Part shown: piece after piece, positions 46,778 through 60,062 of the stretch
Numbering within the stretch: position 1 is the stretch's first letter
Layout of the letters: each line of letters starts with the position of its first letter
Assembly: GCF_052425735.1 (NCBI RefSeq)
Contig: NC_135761.1
Coordinates: 33,728,001-33,792,000, forward strand
Length of the DNA stretch: 64,000 nucleotides
Reading direction: 5' to 3'
DNA from: Oculina patagonica
Taxonomy: Eukaryota
Made by a program: the position numbers and the translations under genes
Notes under the pieces: model-generated
What the model saw: only the letters and a program-made list of their open reading frames with translations
Told to the model about the DNA's origin: nothing
Database searches by the model: none

Positions 46778-47189
46778 CTCCATCATCGTTCATGCTTCGA
46801 ACTTAGCTGCTTAGTAACCCAGCAGATGTGTAGTTCCTAGTGACCACTGAGGTTGTAGCTTGGTTACCAAGTCCTCAAGCGTGCTTAGTATTGCTTAGTA
46901 CTTTGTTATCGAGTGATTCTGAAGCTTTTTTGGTGTTTTCCTTGTCTTCTAAAGTCATTTTCCACTTTCCACGCTTAGAAAGCTTTGTTTCAAATGAGTA
47001 TCCTTGATTTTCTCTGTCTATTCCAACAATATACAGGTGTTCTATAAAACTTGTTGATATGTAAATAAACTTTGCATTGAAACTTTCTGTTTCTTATATC
47101 TTACTTAAAAGTCAACAAGCAACATTAAGTGTTTTCATTGTTCTTGTTTTAACAGTAATTTCCAGTAAATTGGCAGTCATATGATTTTG

Positions 47190-47302
47190 TTGGGCGTAAA
47201 TACCCGCCTATAAGACACACCCCAATTTTGGCATAAACTTCCCGTTGAAAAACAGATTTTTCTCGAAAAAGCTGTGCGCCTTATAACTGAATAACTACGG
47301 TA
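47190..47302. mobile_element. pogo/Tc1-type MITE right end
   Basis: tataagacacacc ... tgcgccttata ... tacggTA terminus. Confidence 0.45.
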
Positions 47303-47636
47303 TTTCAAAGAAAGCAAACCAAGAAAGTCGAAAGCAAGTCTTGACAACTTGTTTGGAACAAAGAGGCCAAGACTTCAAAGTGCAGAAGAAATGCACAAAT
47401 TCATAAAATCAAAGATCACAGAGCTTTGAACTTTTCTCTGGCAGAATATCAAGTGGTTTCCAATTCATATTCTGTGAGAGTTAAGCCCAAGGAAGATCAT
47501 GAGGAAGATGATCCCGTGCCTCACACACCTTGGCTAGATTTGTTAGTCTGCAAATGTAATTGCTCAAATTTTCCCACTACCTGGAAAAGTAATTGTGGAG
47601 ATGTCCAATGGAAATAATGTCCTGTCAGTCTAGCAC

Positions 47637-48967
47637 TAGCCTGCGTAGCTGGCGGGAGTTGAGTGCGAGCGCTTGCTTCGAGCGGGTGAAGCCTGCGTGT
47701 GTGAGCGGCGAAGCCGCGATCCGCGAGCGGCGAGCAAGTGAAATTCCCGCCTGCCACATTACTAGGGGGTTTTGCTTGCCGCCCACTTTTATCGCCCTTG
47801 ATGATCTAATTATATAAGCCAATCAGAAAGTGAGGTGTAATACAAAACTCCAGTTTTTTTACGCGCGAAACGGCGGTAAATGTTATGACCACAAACATTC
47901 CTTTGATGGCACATGGAGATTTCCAGTAACGATAAGAACGGTACGCCAAAAAAAACTGCAAAACCCGAAACCAAGAGAAGGAGTTGTTAGGGATATATGC
48001 AGACTGTGTTGTACCAATTTCAAGCAAAAGTTTGGCGATTTTAAGAAATCCGTGTCCGTTTCCACTGTAAATCTATTCAAGCCGTCGAAAGGAGAAGGAG
48101 TCGAAAATGGTGACACATTAGCCAATCTCTGCTCGCGAATTGGTTTTAACGTCGAGAAGAGCACAACTTTGTCAGAACGTGTCTGCCAAAGTGTGCAAGA
48201 AAGATACCAAACACTGTGCAGCTATATGAATTTATTGCGTCGAGCCTGAATCGAAACCAAGAACACTCTCAATCGAAGAGCTTGCAGTTATGTTCGAGTG
48301 AGGAATCACCGCCTAGATTCAAGCGTCTCCTTCCAAGCTCCATCGCCTCTCCCCAACGAAGCCCACAGCCCAAGAAAGGCCACAAAAGAAACACTGGCGT
48401 TAAAAAAACCTTTAACTTCGCAGAAAAAGTATCGTCAACCGAGGAAAATGACGAGCGGCGTTCGAATGCAGAAAGCTTAAGGTGTCATAATCTCAACCTG
48501 GATGATTTGGTTGGAAATCAGACAAGCCAAGTGAAAGTTGTAATAGTGGCTCCTAGTGGCCGGGTAGAAAATCATAGTTCCTTTGATGACAAAAGTAAAT
48601 CAATGATCACGAATCTGTGTAGAAAGAACTGGCAACCTGTCGCCAATGCGTGTTTTCAGCACCTGCATTTGCGCGATGAATTCACAGAACCACTGCGAAA
48701 AACAGTCAACGCAGAGTTTAAAGAATATTGTAAAAATTCAACTGATTCTGTGTTGAAGAAGTCAAGCCCGGAAGATTCTCGTACACAAAGCTGAAGTTTG
48801 GTGCCCCGTATGGATGGCTTGCTTGAAAGGCGCTTGCAATGTACAAGAGTCATCAGATGAAGACATCAAGGCTACAAATTCCCTAGCCTTGTCGACGGCA
48901 GTAGCCGCTCGCTGTAGAAATCCGACAATGTCAGCTGTTTCCTATCGCATCTCAACAATTCTCTTTG
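47637..48967 (+). mobile_element. 5' fragment of an Academ-like transposon
   Basis: Starts TAGCCTGCGTAGCTGGC with a GC-rich subterminal region; ORFs CRLCCTNF...ERVCQ.C and ...ARCRNPTMSAVSYRISTIL; absent from the paralogous site at 55279-55300. Confidence 0.55.
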
Positions 48968-49479
48968 GTAAATAAAGGTGATGGGCCTACAGGACTCCTA
49001 CGTTCGTGACATTTGTAACCTTTTCCGTTTTATGTTGAGTTCGGTCTTCTGAGTTCTGACTTCTTTCTGAGGGTACTGTTATTATTTGGAGGCATTATGT
49101 ATTGTAGAGCCGTAAGATTGTGGCCAAGGAAGTGTCTAGAGGTCATAAGCCCGCGCTGCGTGGTTTCCGTTTGTAGAGCTGAATGACGCCTCTAAATCTG
49201 TACTCTGCCACATGTTGTGCTAGTTTAGTTTGTTTTGGCTCAATTCTAATTGCAAGATAAGCTTTAAGCTATCAAAATGTTCGCTCTGGAAGGACAAGAT
49301 CTGAAATGTTCCGTGAAAATGTAAACTACTTGCATGCTGTTATTGATGACGGGCCCGGCATTTTAATCAATACTGTTGCAAGATGTATCATCTTATCACG
49401 GATTATCTTGGTCAGGCTTGGCCAGAGACTGTTTCAGCTTTGATATGAAAAAGAAAAATTCAAAAAACCCTATCCATTA

Positions 49480-50545
49480 GCACTGACTCAACTAATGGTG
49501 AACAACTTGGTGGAAAAACCCCAGTACATTAAAAGGAAGCAGCTTTCACAAGGACTGCTAAAAAACACTACGAAAGTGAAAACAGTTGCAGCTACTAAAG
49601 AAAGCCATGGAACTTAGAATGAGCCAGAAACCAGCAGCCCCACGTATAGGAATGCTGTGATATTGGAAGGCTACATAGACTCCTTGTGGTCGCAGATTAG
49701 TTATATTCCCAAAGAGAAATTAAGGAAAGCTGTTGTTGCCATCAGAAACAATGAAATTAAGAAAGAAGAGTTTGACTTTTATTGGATTTATGTATGTTCC
49801 AGATTTGAATGATGGCTGTACCACCCGCGTGTACTGATTTCCAAAGATGGCCATTTTCTCCAACAGATGCCCAATTACAAATAAAACTTCAACTCCTTAA
49901 CGCTAACTTCAAAGCTCTTTGCTTTAAACATTGGCCAGACTATGTAAGATTGGAGAAGTACATTCCCAGTCACTTCTCTGTGTTTGGAAAAAACTCAGAA
50001 TGTGAGATTTTCTGCCTGAAAACTTTTCATTATTTGCTGCAGTCTCCTTCCCTGAACAAGTGTTTGTTTAAACTTTCGTTCACAAAAAACTTGCCGAGTT
50101 CTGAACGGCAAGGGCTTTTTTTTAAAAAAAACTTCCGTAACTACCTATCCTTTAGGGCCAATTATATTTTGCATAAGAGGTAGCTTGACATCGTCAATAC
50201 AAGCAATTCACTGTAACACTCAATCACCACCATTTTAAATTGATTTTCACTGATTATAAGGTCTGTGGACATATTTTTACCCACTAAGCTTCACTGAGTT
50301 GATCAGTTGCTAAGGTACGCCATGCACATGTGCATGCACATAAGCCTTCGTTAAAAATGACACCTCTGTGGAGGCAGAAAAAGATTTCAAAGTGCAAGAA
50401 AAAAATCCCTGCTGTGCAAGGGAAAAAATCAGCTGAGTCAAGTGAATTGGAGCTGGAAGTCACAGAAGGTTTGTCCTGGCAGCACATTGGACGGAAGAAC
50501 TGTACAAGAGTGGCGACCAAGAATCGGATTTGATAGTCCAGCAAA
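49480..50545 (+). repeat. Duplicated block (copy of ~55290-56505) with a HIRAN-like domain remnant
   Basis: High identity; LKGSS.H...EP...NAVI..G.I.......YIPK. Confidence 0.75.
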
Positions 50546-50757
50546 AGTAAAAAAAAAAAATTGAGTAAAGCGCTTTCTTTTAAAGAAAACTGAACCAACT
50601 TTAAATGTATAATTTATAGTATAGTATAGAATAGAGTATACTTGTATGTAGTAATTCAATGATGATAGAGTTTTAATTGTAAATATCATTTTATTTGTTA
50701 GGTTAGGGCTAGTTTGGTAAATGTAGAGCTACTCTGTAGATATGTCACCAATAAAAC

Positions 50758-50758
<1 letters not shown>

Positions 50759-50812
<54 letters not shown>
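50759..50812 (+). repeat. (ATT)n microsatellite, LINE-type tail
   Basis: 18 ATT units directly after AATAAAACC; similar tails at 26994-27028, 37845-37872 and 45616-45641. Confidence 0.85.
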
Positions 50813-50814
<2 letters not shown>

Positions 50815-53800
50815 AGGCCTGGTGTAAAAATCAATCTCACTGTCATATTTTTCATCACAGTTTGTTTGGCAGGGAACTGACGATGTAAGGGTAACACTAC
50901 TGGCGCTTCTCCCCCTTGCAAATAAAAATCAGCAGTACCACAAATTGATTATGTAAGTAAAAAGTCTTTGCACACTTTTTTGCATTTTTCAGCACTTAGA
51001 GCATCCTTTATTAAAAAGGTGACATATTTTCTATAAATTTATATACTTTTGAACAGGTTGTTAAACAACGTACCTAACACCTGCGCATGCTATCTGTGGA
51101 TAGCCGACAAAGACTCCAATGAGGGGAGAAAAGGTATGTATAATATAACTGTAATTAATAATTTGTTTTCTCAATTATTTTGGAGTCTGGATTCTTTTTG
51201 ACAGCTGTATGTGTTGTTTTGAAGATTCAGTATCAGTGAAATATGGAAATTAATTTCAAAGTGTAAACATGGTATTCAAATTCTATTTTGGTCAGACCAG
51301 TTTCTTAGAGTCATGCTGCATGGACGGCTTGTTGTAATTCTGTCTGTTTAAATATATCTGAGTGACTTATACCTATTATTCATTTCAGTGAAAGTGAAAT
51401 TCGGTGTTTAACATGATAACTGGACAGTGCTTGTGCTGGCTCCATCCCACAGCAGGTTAAAACCACAGTGTATCGAAATCTTGGATGGTCAGTATAGTGG
51501 ACGTAATTATTGAATGGATCTAGTCTAAAATAAAGTCAATAATTTACATGGGCACTTCTGTAATACTATGAGATGGGCACCTCTTAAAGATAAACAAAAG
51601 ACATCTTAAGCACTGTTAGCAAAAAAATACTTTTTGTTGACATAAAGTTAAGGAAGTCAGTGACTTTAAAAACCCACACAAAGTAATTTTGTGAGGTGAG
51701 TTGAAAACACTGGCATGCAGTCCACAAAATTCATACCAACCCCCAATCCATAGACTATGTATAGACTACAGACTACCCAAGAGACTTACCATATGAAACA
51801 AACACAATTATAATCACTTTTACAGTAAGACGGAGTTTCTTCTGCAGGGTTAGGATGTAAATTAAGTAAGAATTTTGAGTTTGATTTATTACTGGGATTT
51901 CCGGAATTGCAAGCAAGTTTGTTGCACTTTAGTTTGCTTGGGATATAAGTAATAATTATAATCAAGATTGCTCGCATTTTGTTACCGGTAGTTCATCTCC
52001 AGTTTGCTTGCAGAAAGCTCCACTCCGGTAATTAAGGGAATGAAATTTCATTTAGTATTTTGTAGAATATTTATTTAGTCTTATATTATTTTTTTTGGAA
52101 AAGTGAGAAAACAAGTACAAGGGTGAATTTAAACGTACAAACTACCACGCCAAGATAAATCATTTAAAAGTACTGTGATCATTTTAATTATTTCTAACAG
52201 AATCAAACTTTGAAGAGGGGAGTAGTGAAGTAGCATTGGCTACTGCAGCAGAGTTTTGTGCTGCCGTCAGTGATGAAAGGTAACTTGTTGGTTTTTAACT
52301 GTTAAAATTTTGTGTTGGTATTCACTATTGCCTTCTTTTTGATATAGTATGTAATTTAGAGGGTAATGTAAGTGATCTAAAATTTGTGGCATTCTGACTT
52401 GGTATATTATATGGTATTAAAATCAATAAGTATGCAGCCTGAGGTGGTGCAAGCCCATAAGTTTGGAAAAACTTTGAGTGATCCTTAATTATTGTTTCTT
52501 GAGATGCGCAATACCTTGCCTGCAATAAAAAACAAACAAACTGATGATGCCAATGAAAACAAATAAATTGTGCAAAAATTGTTGATTGAAATGTACCAAG
52601 GCTTTAAAGCATTGCAGGAAGTTGTAAATTAACTGACTGCTATGAACTATTTAACTTTTACAGAGAAAAATTAGAGGCATGGAGGTCAGAAAAAGAAGTG
52701 CAAGATAGGGAGTGAGGTAAATAAATAAAGCATAGCATAGCATAAAGCTTGGCATAGCATTATATTGGGGTTCCCCTGTAAAGGATGATAGCAACTTGTA
52801 TAATACAGTAACGCATTGCTGGCCAATATGGGGTGCCTCATCCACAGCTTAACACAATGGCTCCAAGAGTAGGACTTAAAAAAAGACGTGATTTAGATTT
52901 AATAAGATTGTGGGATCCGTCGCACGAGAGAGTATTACTTGGTGGTGCAGAAAATTTTATCTCAAAATAATGCTGACATCAATTACCACAATAGAATGAA
53001 GAAATTTCTGGAAATATGCCTTGAGAAAAGATGAAAATAAAGTCAAATGGCGGCTAGTGCTCATTTCAAAGAATACAAAAGCAAGAAAACCCAAAGCAAG
53101 TCTTAACAACTTGTTTAAAACAAAAAGGCGAAGACTGAGTGCAGAAGAAATGCACAAATTCTTGAAATCAAAAAATAACAAAAGAAGAGCTTCGTTTTAA
53201 CTTTTCTGTAGCAGAAACTTGGGCAGAAATTTCCTTACAGATACAAAGACACATCCTCACATCTGACAATAAAAAAAACGAAGCTCTTGTGGTTGACCTT
53301 AATCTTGGTCTACTCTTGGAAAGTGGCCTACAGATTTATCAAAAGGAAAAATCCTCAAGCATGTGACAGGAACTTTGGATCAGTGGAACACAAAGAATAC
53401 ACAGATTTCAGCTTATCATGCAAGACGATTAAGAGCTTTAGTCAAAGCTTTTCAATCATTTCCAAAACTTGCAAAACTCAGATTGACAACAACAGAAGTT
53501 TGCAGCAGACTTGCTGTTATTCTCAAAGGTCTTGAGATTCCTGAATATAGAGACTTTTGGTCACAGACCAATTAACAGCAAAAATGGCTGCAAGAGTAAG
53601 ACTTAAAAGAAAGACATGCAATTTAGATTTAGTAAGTGAAAAGTTTCGAATTGATATGCAACATGCCTGCTGCCATTTTAAAACATATCCATTATGCAGG
53701 TAAATGTTATAACAACTTTAACATGTCTTTTCCAATCTAAAGAGGGGTAAGACTTTAAACAATATTACCATTTAAAAAAAAAAAAACACCAAACAAGTAC

Positions 53801-54719
53801 ACAACACAACACTGATGGATAGCACAGAATCCATAGCAATGTCAATTGGGGGAAAATCATGTCTATGTAGGAGGGAGAGTTCTATACATTCACAGCATGC
53901 AATCTGTACCATTTTTATGGCAAATGTTTGACAACAACTTGGTCAACAACTGTGTCTACTGCAGCAAAACAGGACATCAGCAAATCAGTGTACCACCAAG
54001 TGCAGGCTTGGATTTGCTGTCCAGACATTTTGAACGTTGCTGTCAATTTACTCCTAACATAAAATAATGAAGACTGTAAAATGAACATTCCACTATGCCA
54101 CATAGCCAAATATCACAACTGCAACAGGTTAATGCTGGTGAAAAACTGTTTTGTTGATGTTAATGTTTTAGTTTCATTTTTGTTTAATCGATCAAGCTTT
54201 GTAGATTGATGTCACCACTTCTTCTTTAGTTTCTTCACCACCTCTATCCTTCCAGGTACATGAAACAATGTTCATAACTAAAACTAAAACAAAAGTACAC
54301 GGCATTTGTCATGGGGACACGGGCAGACGGGAGTTTCAGTCTAAGCTAAGATAAAGACAGCAAACAATACTCAGTGACTGCTTTCCCAAGGTCATCTCTA
54401 CAATTCTGAATGAAGACATCTTTTTCTTTGACCCTCTTGTAAAGAAATATAAGAATCAAGCAATTAATTTATGCAGAGACATAATTTTGAGGCATCATTG
54501 TGATTATATTCACCAAGCATTCAATAGCATTTTTGAAGTTGCAATAAACCATCAAAACACCATTTCAACATTTCAAATTTTTTCACAGTCAGGGTAGGAT
54601 AAAAGCACATTTCACCAATTTCTTGCAGACTTAATGAAAAGAATGAAGACAGAAGTTGCCCTCAGACACGAGCAACATTTTGTTTAACTTGACGCTATTT
54701 CCATTTCAATAATTCGTAG

Positions 54720-54870
54720 GTGCCAATGCTCAAATTGTTCCCTTGAGCTAATTACCAAGCCAGACGAGTGCTAGTGTTGCACAGACATTGACAGGTGCAT
54801 TGAGCGAATGTACGAAGTGGAGAAAGAGGGCCAATGCATTACCGAGAATCCAGGCTATGCAGCAAATGAT
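54720..54870 (+). pseudogene. P2X7 C-terminal-like Cys-rich domain fragment (Kolobok accessory-protein type)
   Basis: CQCSNCSLE..TKPDEC*CCTDI......CITENPGY after an AG acceptor. Confidence 0.7.
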
Positions 54871-55278
54871 AGAACATTATCTGTTGTTGTGGAATATCAA
54901 GTGGTTTCCAATTCATATTCTGTGAGAGTTAAAACCAAGGAAGATCATGAGGAAGATGATCCCATGCCTCACACACCTTGGCTGGATTTGTTAGTCTGCA
55001 AATGTAATTGCTCAAATTTCCCCTACCTGGAAAAGTAATTGTGAAGATGTCTGAAAATAAAGACGTCCGGAAATAAATTCAGAGAGATTTAAGAATGTAT
55101 TTGTTAATAGCCTAATTTTTATATATAATATCAAGTTTTTAATTCTTCTTATATTTTTTATCGTTCTTAGATTTTAAATGTAATTTATGTAAATTAGATA
55201 CGTTATGTATTTTTTTATGTAACATAATATATGTATTTTTTTTGAGAACTATGAAGATGATGATTATAATTGGATATC

Positions 55279-55710
55279 CTGTCAGTCCAGCACTGACTCA
55301 AGTGATGAAAATGAATCAGAGGGGAGTGATGAGGAGCTCCATGAAGAACTTGGTGGAGAAACCCCACTCAGTGATGAAAGTGAGCAGTTTAAAGAGTACT
55401 TTGCATTAAAAGGAAGCAGCTACCACAAGGACTGATAAATAACATTACGAAAGTGTAAACAGTTCCAGCTAGAAAAGAAAGCCATGGAACTTAGGATGAG
55501 CCCGGAACCCAGCACCCCAGGGATAGGAAGAACCTAGCAACCCCAGAGATAGGAATGCTGTGATAGTGTAAGGCTACATAGACTCCTTGTGGTCGCAAAA
55601 TTAATATATTCCCAAAAAGAAATTAAGGAAAGCTGTTGTTGCCATCAGAAACAATGAAATTAAGAAAGTAGAGTTTAAGTTTATTGGATTTATGTATGTC
55701 CCAGATTTGA
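55279..55710 (+). pseudogene. Acidic stretch + HIRAN-like domain fragment
   Basis: SDENESEGSDEE...FALKGSSYH...EP..NPRDRNAVIV....YIPK. Confidence 0.55.
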
Positions 55711-57569
55711 ATGACTGACTGTACCACCCTCGTGTACAGATTTCCAAAGTTGGCCATTTTCTCCAACAGATGCCAATTACAAATAAAACTTCAACTACTA
55801 ACGCTAACTTCAAAGCTCTTGGCTTTAAACAGTGGCCAGACTATGTAAGATTGGAGAAGTACATTCTCAGTCACTTCTCTGTGTTTGGAAAAACTCAGAA
55901 TGTTTAAAAGTATCCATTATTGCAATAAGACTTAATTAAGGTGAGATTTTCTGCCTGAGAACTTTTCATCATTTGCTGCAGTCTCCTTCCCTGAAAAAGT
56001 ATTGGTTTAAACTTTCCTTCACAAAAAACCTGCCGAGTTCTGAACCAAAAAGGCTTTTTTTAAAAAAAACTTTTGTAACTACTTATCCTTTAGGGCCTGT
56101 TATATTTTGCATAAGAGGCAGTCTAACATTGTCAATACAAGCAATTCCCCGTAACACTCAATCAACACCATTTTGAATTTGATTTTCACTGATCATAAGG
56201 TCTGTGGACATGTGTTTACCCACTAAGCCCCACTGAGTATTGTTTTGTTGATCAGTTGCTAAGGTACGTCATAATGCATGCATCACATCTGGTGACACAT
56301 AAGCCTTTATTCAAAATGGCACCTCTGAGGAAGCAGAAAAAGAATTCAAAGTTCAAGAAAAAAAATCCCTGTTGTGTGAGAGAAAAAATCAGCTGAGTCG
56401 AGAGGAATTGGAGCGGGAAGTCACAGAAAGTTTGTCCTGGCAGCACATTGGACAGAAGAACTGTACAAGAGTGGCGATCAAGAATCAGATTTGATAGTCC
56501 AGGGAAATATTTGAGCAAAAAAAGTGTAGAAAAAGAAATTGTTTCTTGTAACTTGTCCGATTGTTTTTATGAAAAATCTGCTAGTTCTCTGGAGGGCAAC
56601 GCAGACAGCGATGACCCTTCTCACAGACATTGACATTGCTTTACACTTGTTCATTTTCATTTTTGTGCCAGTTAATTTTTCACTAGCTTTTCACACTTGT
56701 AAACATAACTTGATCGTACACAAACAGAACAGAGATAGCTCAGAGATTTTGTTATTACAGAGATATTTTTTTATGGTTTTAGGCATAGTCAGGAATTATA
56801 ATGCAAGTTCCATCTTAGTTTCCTTTTACTATTCAATTTATGCAGTGTTCCCTTTCCTTCAATTTTAGCTGTATATTTGCTAACACACATTTATGTAATT
56901 TTAGTTCTCACCGCATGCTTTGATGATTGTAATTTAGTCATAAATCATTGAAGTTACATTGTTGGAGTGTGTGTTGATCACTGCGAACCCCAAGGACTCG
57001 ATTTGGGACCAAGACAACTCTGAATACTATCAGAGTTCTGAGGAAGCTATCAAATGTAATGTAATGTGGTTGCCATGGAAGGATTGTGAATTTCAGAGGC
57101 TCTGATATGCCATGGATATGCCAAGTTTTCAAGAACTCTTCGACAGTGCCTTGGAATTCCCTGCATATCCAAAAACCTGTATTATGAAGTTATTAAACTT
57201 GTTTACCCACATATCACTGACATTCTTAGTGAAATGGGTGAGGAGGAAAAAGAAAGGACGAGATACTAACAACTCCTTTGCAATTCTTCAACTTAAGGTG
57301 GTACATATGGCTAAAATGCGTCTAAAAAGAGCCCATTTTAAGATATTTTATTAACTTTGTTTAAATTCCTAAATTCACTATTGTATAGTAATTTTTACCG
57401 TAGAATCCAAATTTGAATTAAAATTTTTCGATTTCCGGTCATAAAGGTGTGAAAATTGACACCTTAAAATGTCACTCAAAATAATAATTACTTTATTTTC
57501 TCCATTTCTTTTCTTTGAATAGCTTCCTTCTTTGTACTATCAAATACCTGTATAAAAACAATTCTTATG

Positions 57570-57694
57570 TGACTTAGCCGACATCCAGTTGTTATTCCTA
57601 CGGAAAATAATCGACCATCTCTAAGCCAGTCACGTGTCATATCATAATCGGGCATAATATCGATCCGATGCTACGAAAAATGTCGGCTAAGTCA
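57570..57694. repeat. Perfect 15-bp inverted repeat in a probable DNA-transposon subterminal region
   Basis: TGACTTAGCCGACAT (57570-57584) and ATGTCGGCTAAGTCA (57680-57694). Confidence 0.75.
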
Positions 57695-59780
57695 GGAAAC
57701 TTAGCTCCATTTGTGTGTATTAACTCTGCCAAATTTCACAAGAATTCAATAAAACGCATGGAAAATATTTCAATTTTCGTCTCACACATGCTGAGAATCC
57801 GTCGAATTTTGCCTGTTTTTGTGGCTTCGTTCGCACAATTCTTGTCCGCCATGTTTGTTTTCGGTTGTCCATGCTGCATTGGCTTCTGGGTCACGTATTT
57901 CGTGGAAGAAACGAAGAAAATGACGTATTTCGAGCGTGCTACGTGTCCTCGAGAGAAACAAAAGGAGAGACCCTAGCAACCGCCATAAACAATGGTACTG
58001 CGATCCTTCTGTCAGCGGTAACAATGCGCACTTGCTATTACGCATAAGCATCGCGCGTGTTCGAGTAAACATATCGAGTGTACACGCAAGGGTATTTAGA
58101 TGCTTCGCCGTGGAGATTCAAGTTCTGCTGTTATACAGCTTATAATCTTGTATTTTTTTCGTTGGAATTTGTGAAGGATAAGCGAAATATCCTGCGACAA
58201 CAGTGGCGTTCTATTGTGTTTACAGCACACACAAAAGGAGTTGGACGCGCGTATAATTTTCGTACGATCGATCGCGACAAGATGAAAAGTATTCTGGCTG
58301 GTTCGAATGCTTCAATAGCTAAAAAGAGTTCAAAGATGTTTCCGAACCATTTTTTCGTGTAGTACGTGAAGTTTATTCTTTGCTGTTGTGGCCTAATCAA
58401 CATTCGATTATACCCAGGGATTATAGCTTAAAAAAGACATGCAGTTGTGGCCGTGGATCAGCCAGGGATATTCATAATGAACCAAGATCGATCGGGGTAA
58501 ATATCTGTAATGTCAATTCAGGGTTGGAAATTAGCGCTCGCCCGCTCGCCCAGGCGAGTGTAAAAACTGTCGGGCGAGTATATTTTCGCCGAAATGGCCA
58601 TGTAAGTAGTTGCAAGATAAACTGGTCTAAACTTACATTTCTCAATTGACTTGTCAGCTTTTATTTACTGATCGCGGTAGGCTTTTCGTTGTGTGATTGT
58701 GTCCATGTCCCGGCTACATTTAGCTTCACCATTTGAGATATTAAAGTATTATGAGAGAATATATTGGTATTCGCTGTTGTTATAGCTGGTTGTTTTAGAT
58801 TAAACTGAGCTTTCAATGCCTGTTGCTTTGCTGTAGCTTCGATGGCATCCTGCAGTTCGCGAGACCGGAAGCGAGTAAACACGCAAAATTTCAAAATGGC
58901 GGCTCAAAATGGCGGACCTGACAACGAATTTCAATCTTCGCTTTCTCCAAAAAAAAAGCGGACAGCGAGCCCTTACTCCGAAAATAACAACATAACTACA
59001 CAAAAACTACAATATAAGCCAAACTGCGAGAAAATTTTTTTTTTGCGCTTCAGCCAAATGTACCACCTTAACTGAAAACAATTTTCTTTAGGTATCTGTA
59101 AACAATGTAATGAGCAGCCCTACTTTAGTCTGTGGAATGTGATACAGCAGCATGTTTGTCATGAAATTAAAGCTGGCTTCATTCTTCAAGGACTTCCAAG
59201 GATGGCACTTATGTTTAAGCTAAAATGGACATTATTACCACACGGAATGCAATAAGCTAAAAATTATAGAGTGAAGTGAGCATGCATTAGAAATCTGTAA
59301 AGATTTTATTGTCAGGAAGGGTTCCACATATCACCGACATTCTTAATGACACGAGGAGAACAAAAAAGAGGTTGAGCCAGTTTGACACGTGTATAAACTC
59401 TGCTTCTAACCTGTCAGCTGTCTTCAATGCTTCAACTTGTGTCATTCTTCCAACTCCTCCAACTGTCAGTTGGAAATAATTATTTCTGCCGCGGATTCAC
59501 CATTTGAGATCTGCAATTTACAAAGTACAAGCTTCAACGTGATATTAAATAGCTAGAATTTAAAAAAAAAACAGCTAAGAAAGGCATTCAAATATTTTAC
59601 AATTCAAATTCCTTGTAAGAAACAAAAATGCACAGCTAATCGCCGCGCGCACGCGAGTACCTCGCTACACTCGACCCGCGTGGGTTTCAGTTTAATTTGA
59701 CTGTTTGTGGGCATAGCAAGCACGAAAAAGCTTAAAATTCCGCCCGAAACTACAAAAGGTTTTGTCAAGAAAATTAATTC

Positions 59781-60062
59781 ACTCACCAGAAGTTCTTGTT
59801 TCGATGTAAAGCTGCCATAACTTAGTGCAAATGGCGGCCGAAATCAAAACATCACATGCCCCGAGCTTGTTCACTCAAGGTGATGCTGAGTAACCAGGCG
59901 TGTTGCGCTCGTTGTGATCGCAGGGACTGGGTTCTAGGAGATACAAATTTACTTTTACATGAAGTACAAGGTGTAGAATTCGTCATTTGACTGCGCGGTG
60001 AAGGAGGTGTGGATGTGAACTCAACTGAGCTGATTTTGCTGTGTTTCTGCGTTCAGGTAAGA
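59781..60062. promoter_or_regulatory. Candidate (bidirectional) promoter with a minus-strand first exon
   Basis: CpG-rich; YY1-like AAATGGCGGC at 59829-59838; consensus minus-strand donor CTG|GTGAGT at 59786-59781; plus-strand CAG|GTAAGA at 60057. Confidence 0.35.

Noticed and set aside
1870-57000. Single Helitron with captured fragments
   Set aside because: No Rep/helicase and no convincing 3' hairpin-CTRR end found by eye; kept only as an alternative hypothesis
57668-59075. Cluster of short ORFs as real genes
   Set aside because: No recognisable domains; the GC/CpG-rich TE-terminal-like sequence (e.g. CAGGGTTGGAAATTAG at 58519) explains the open frames
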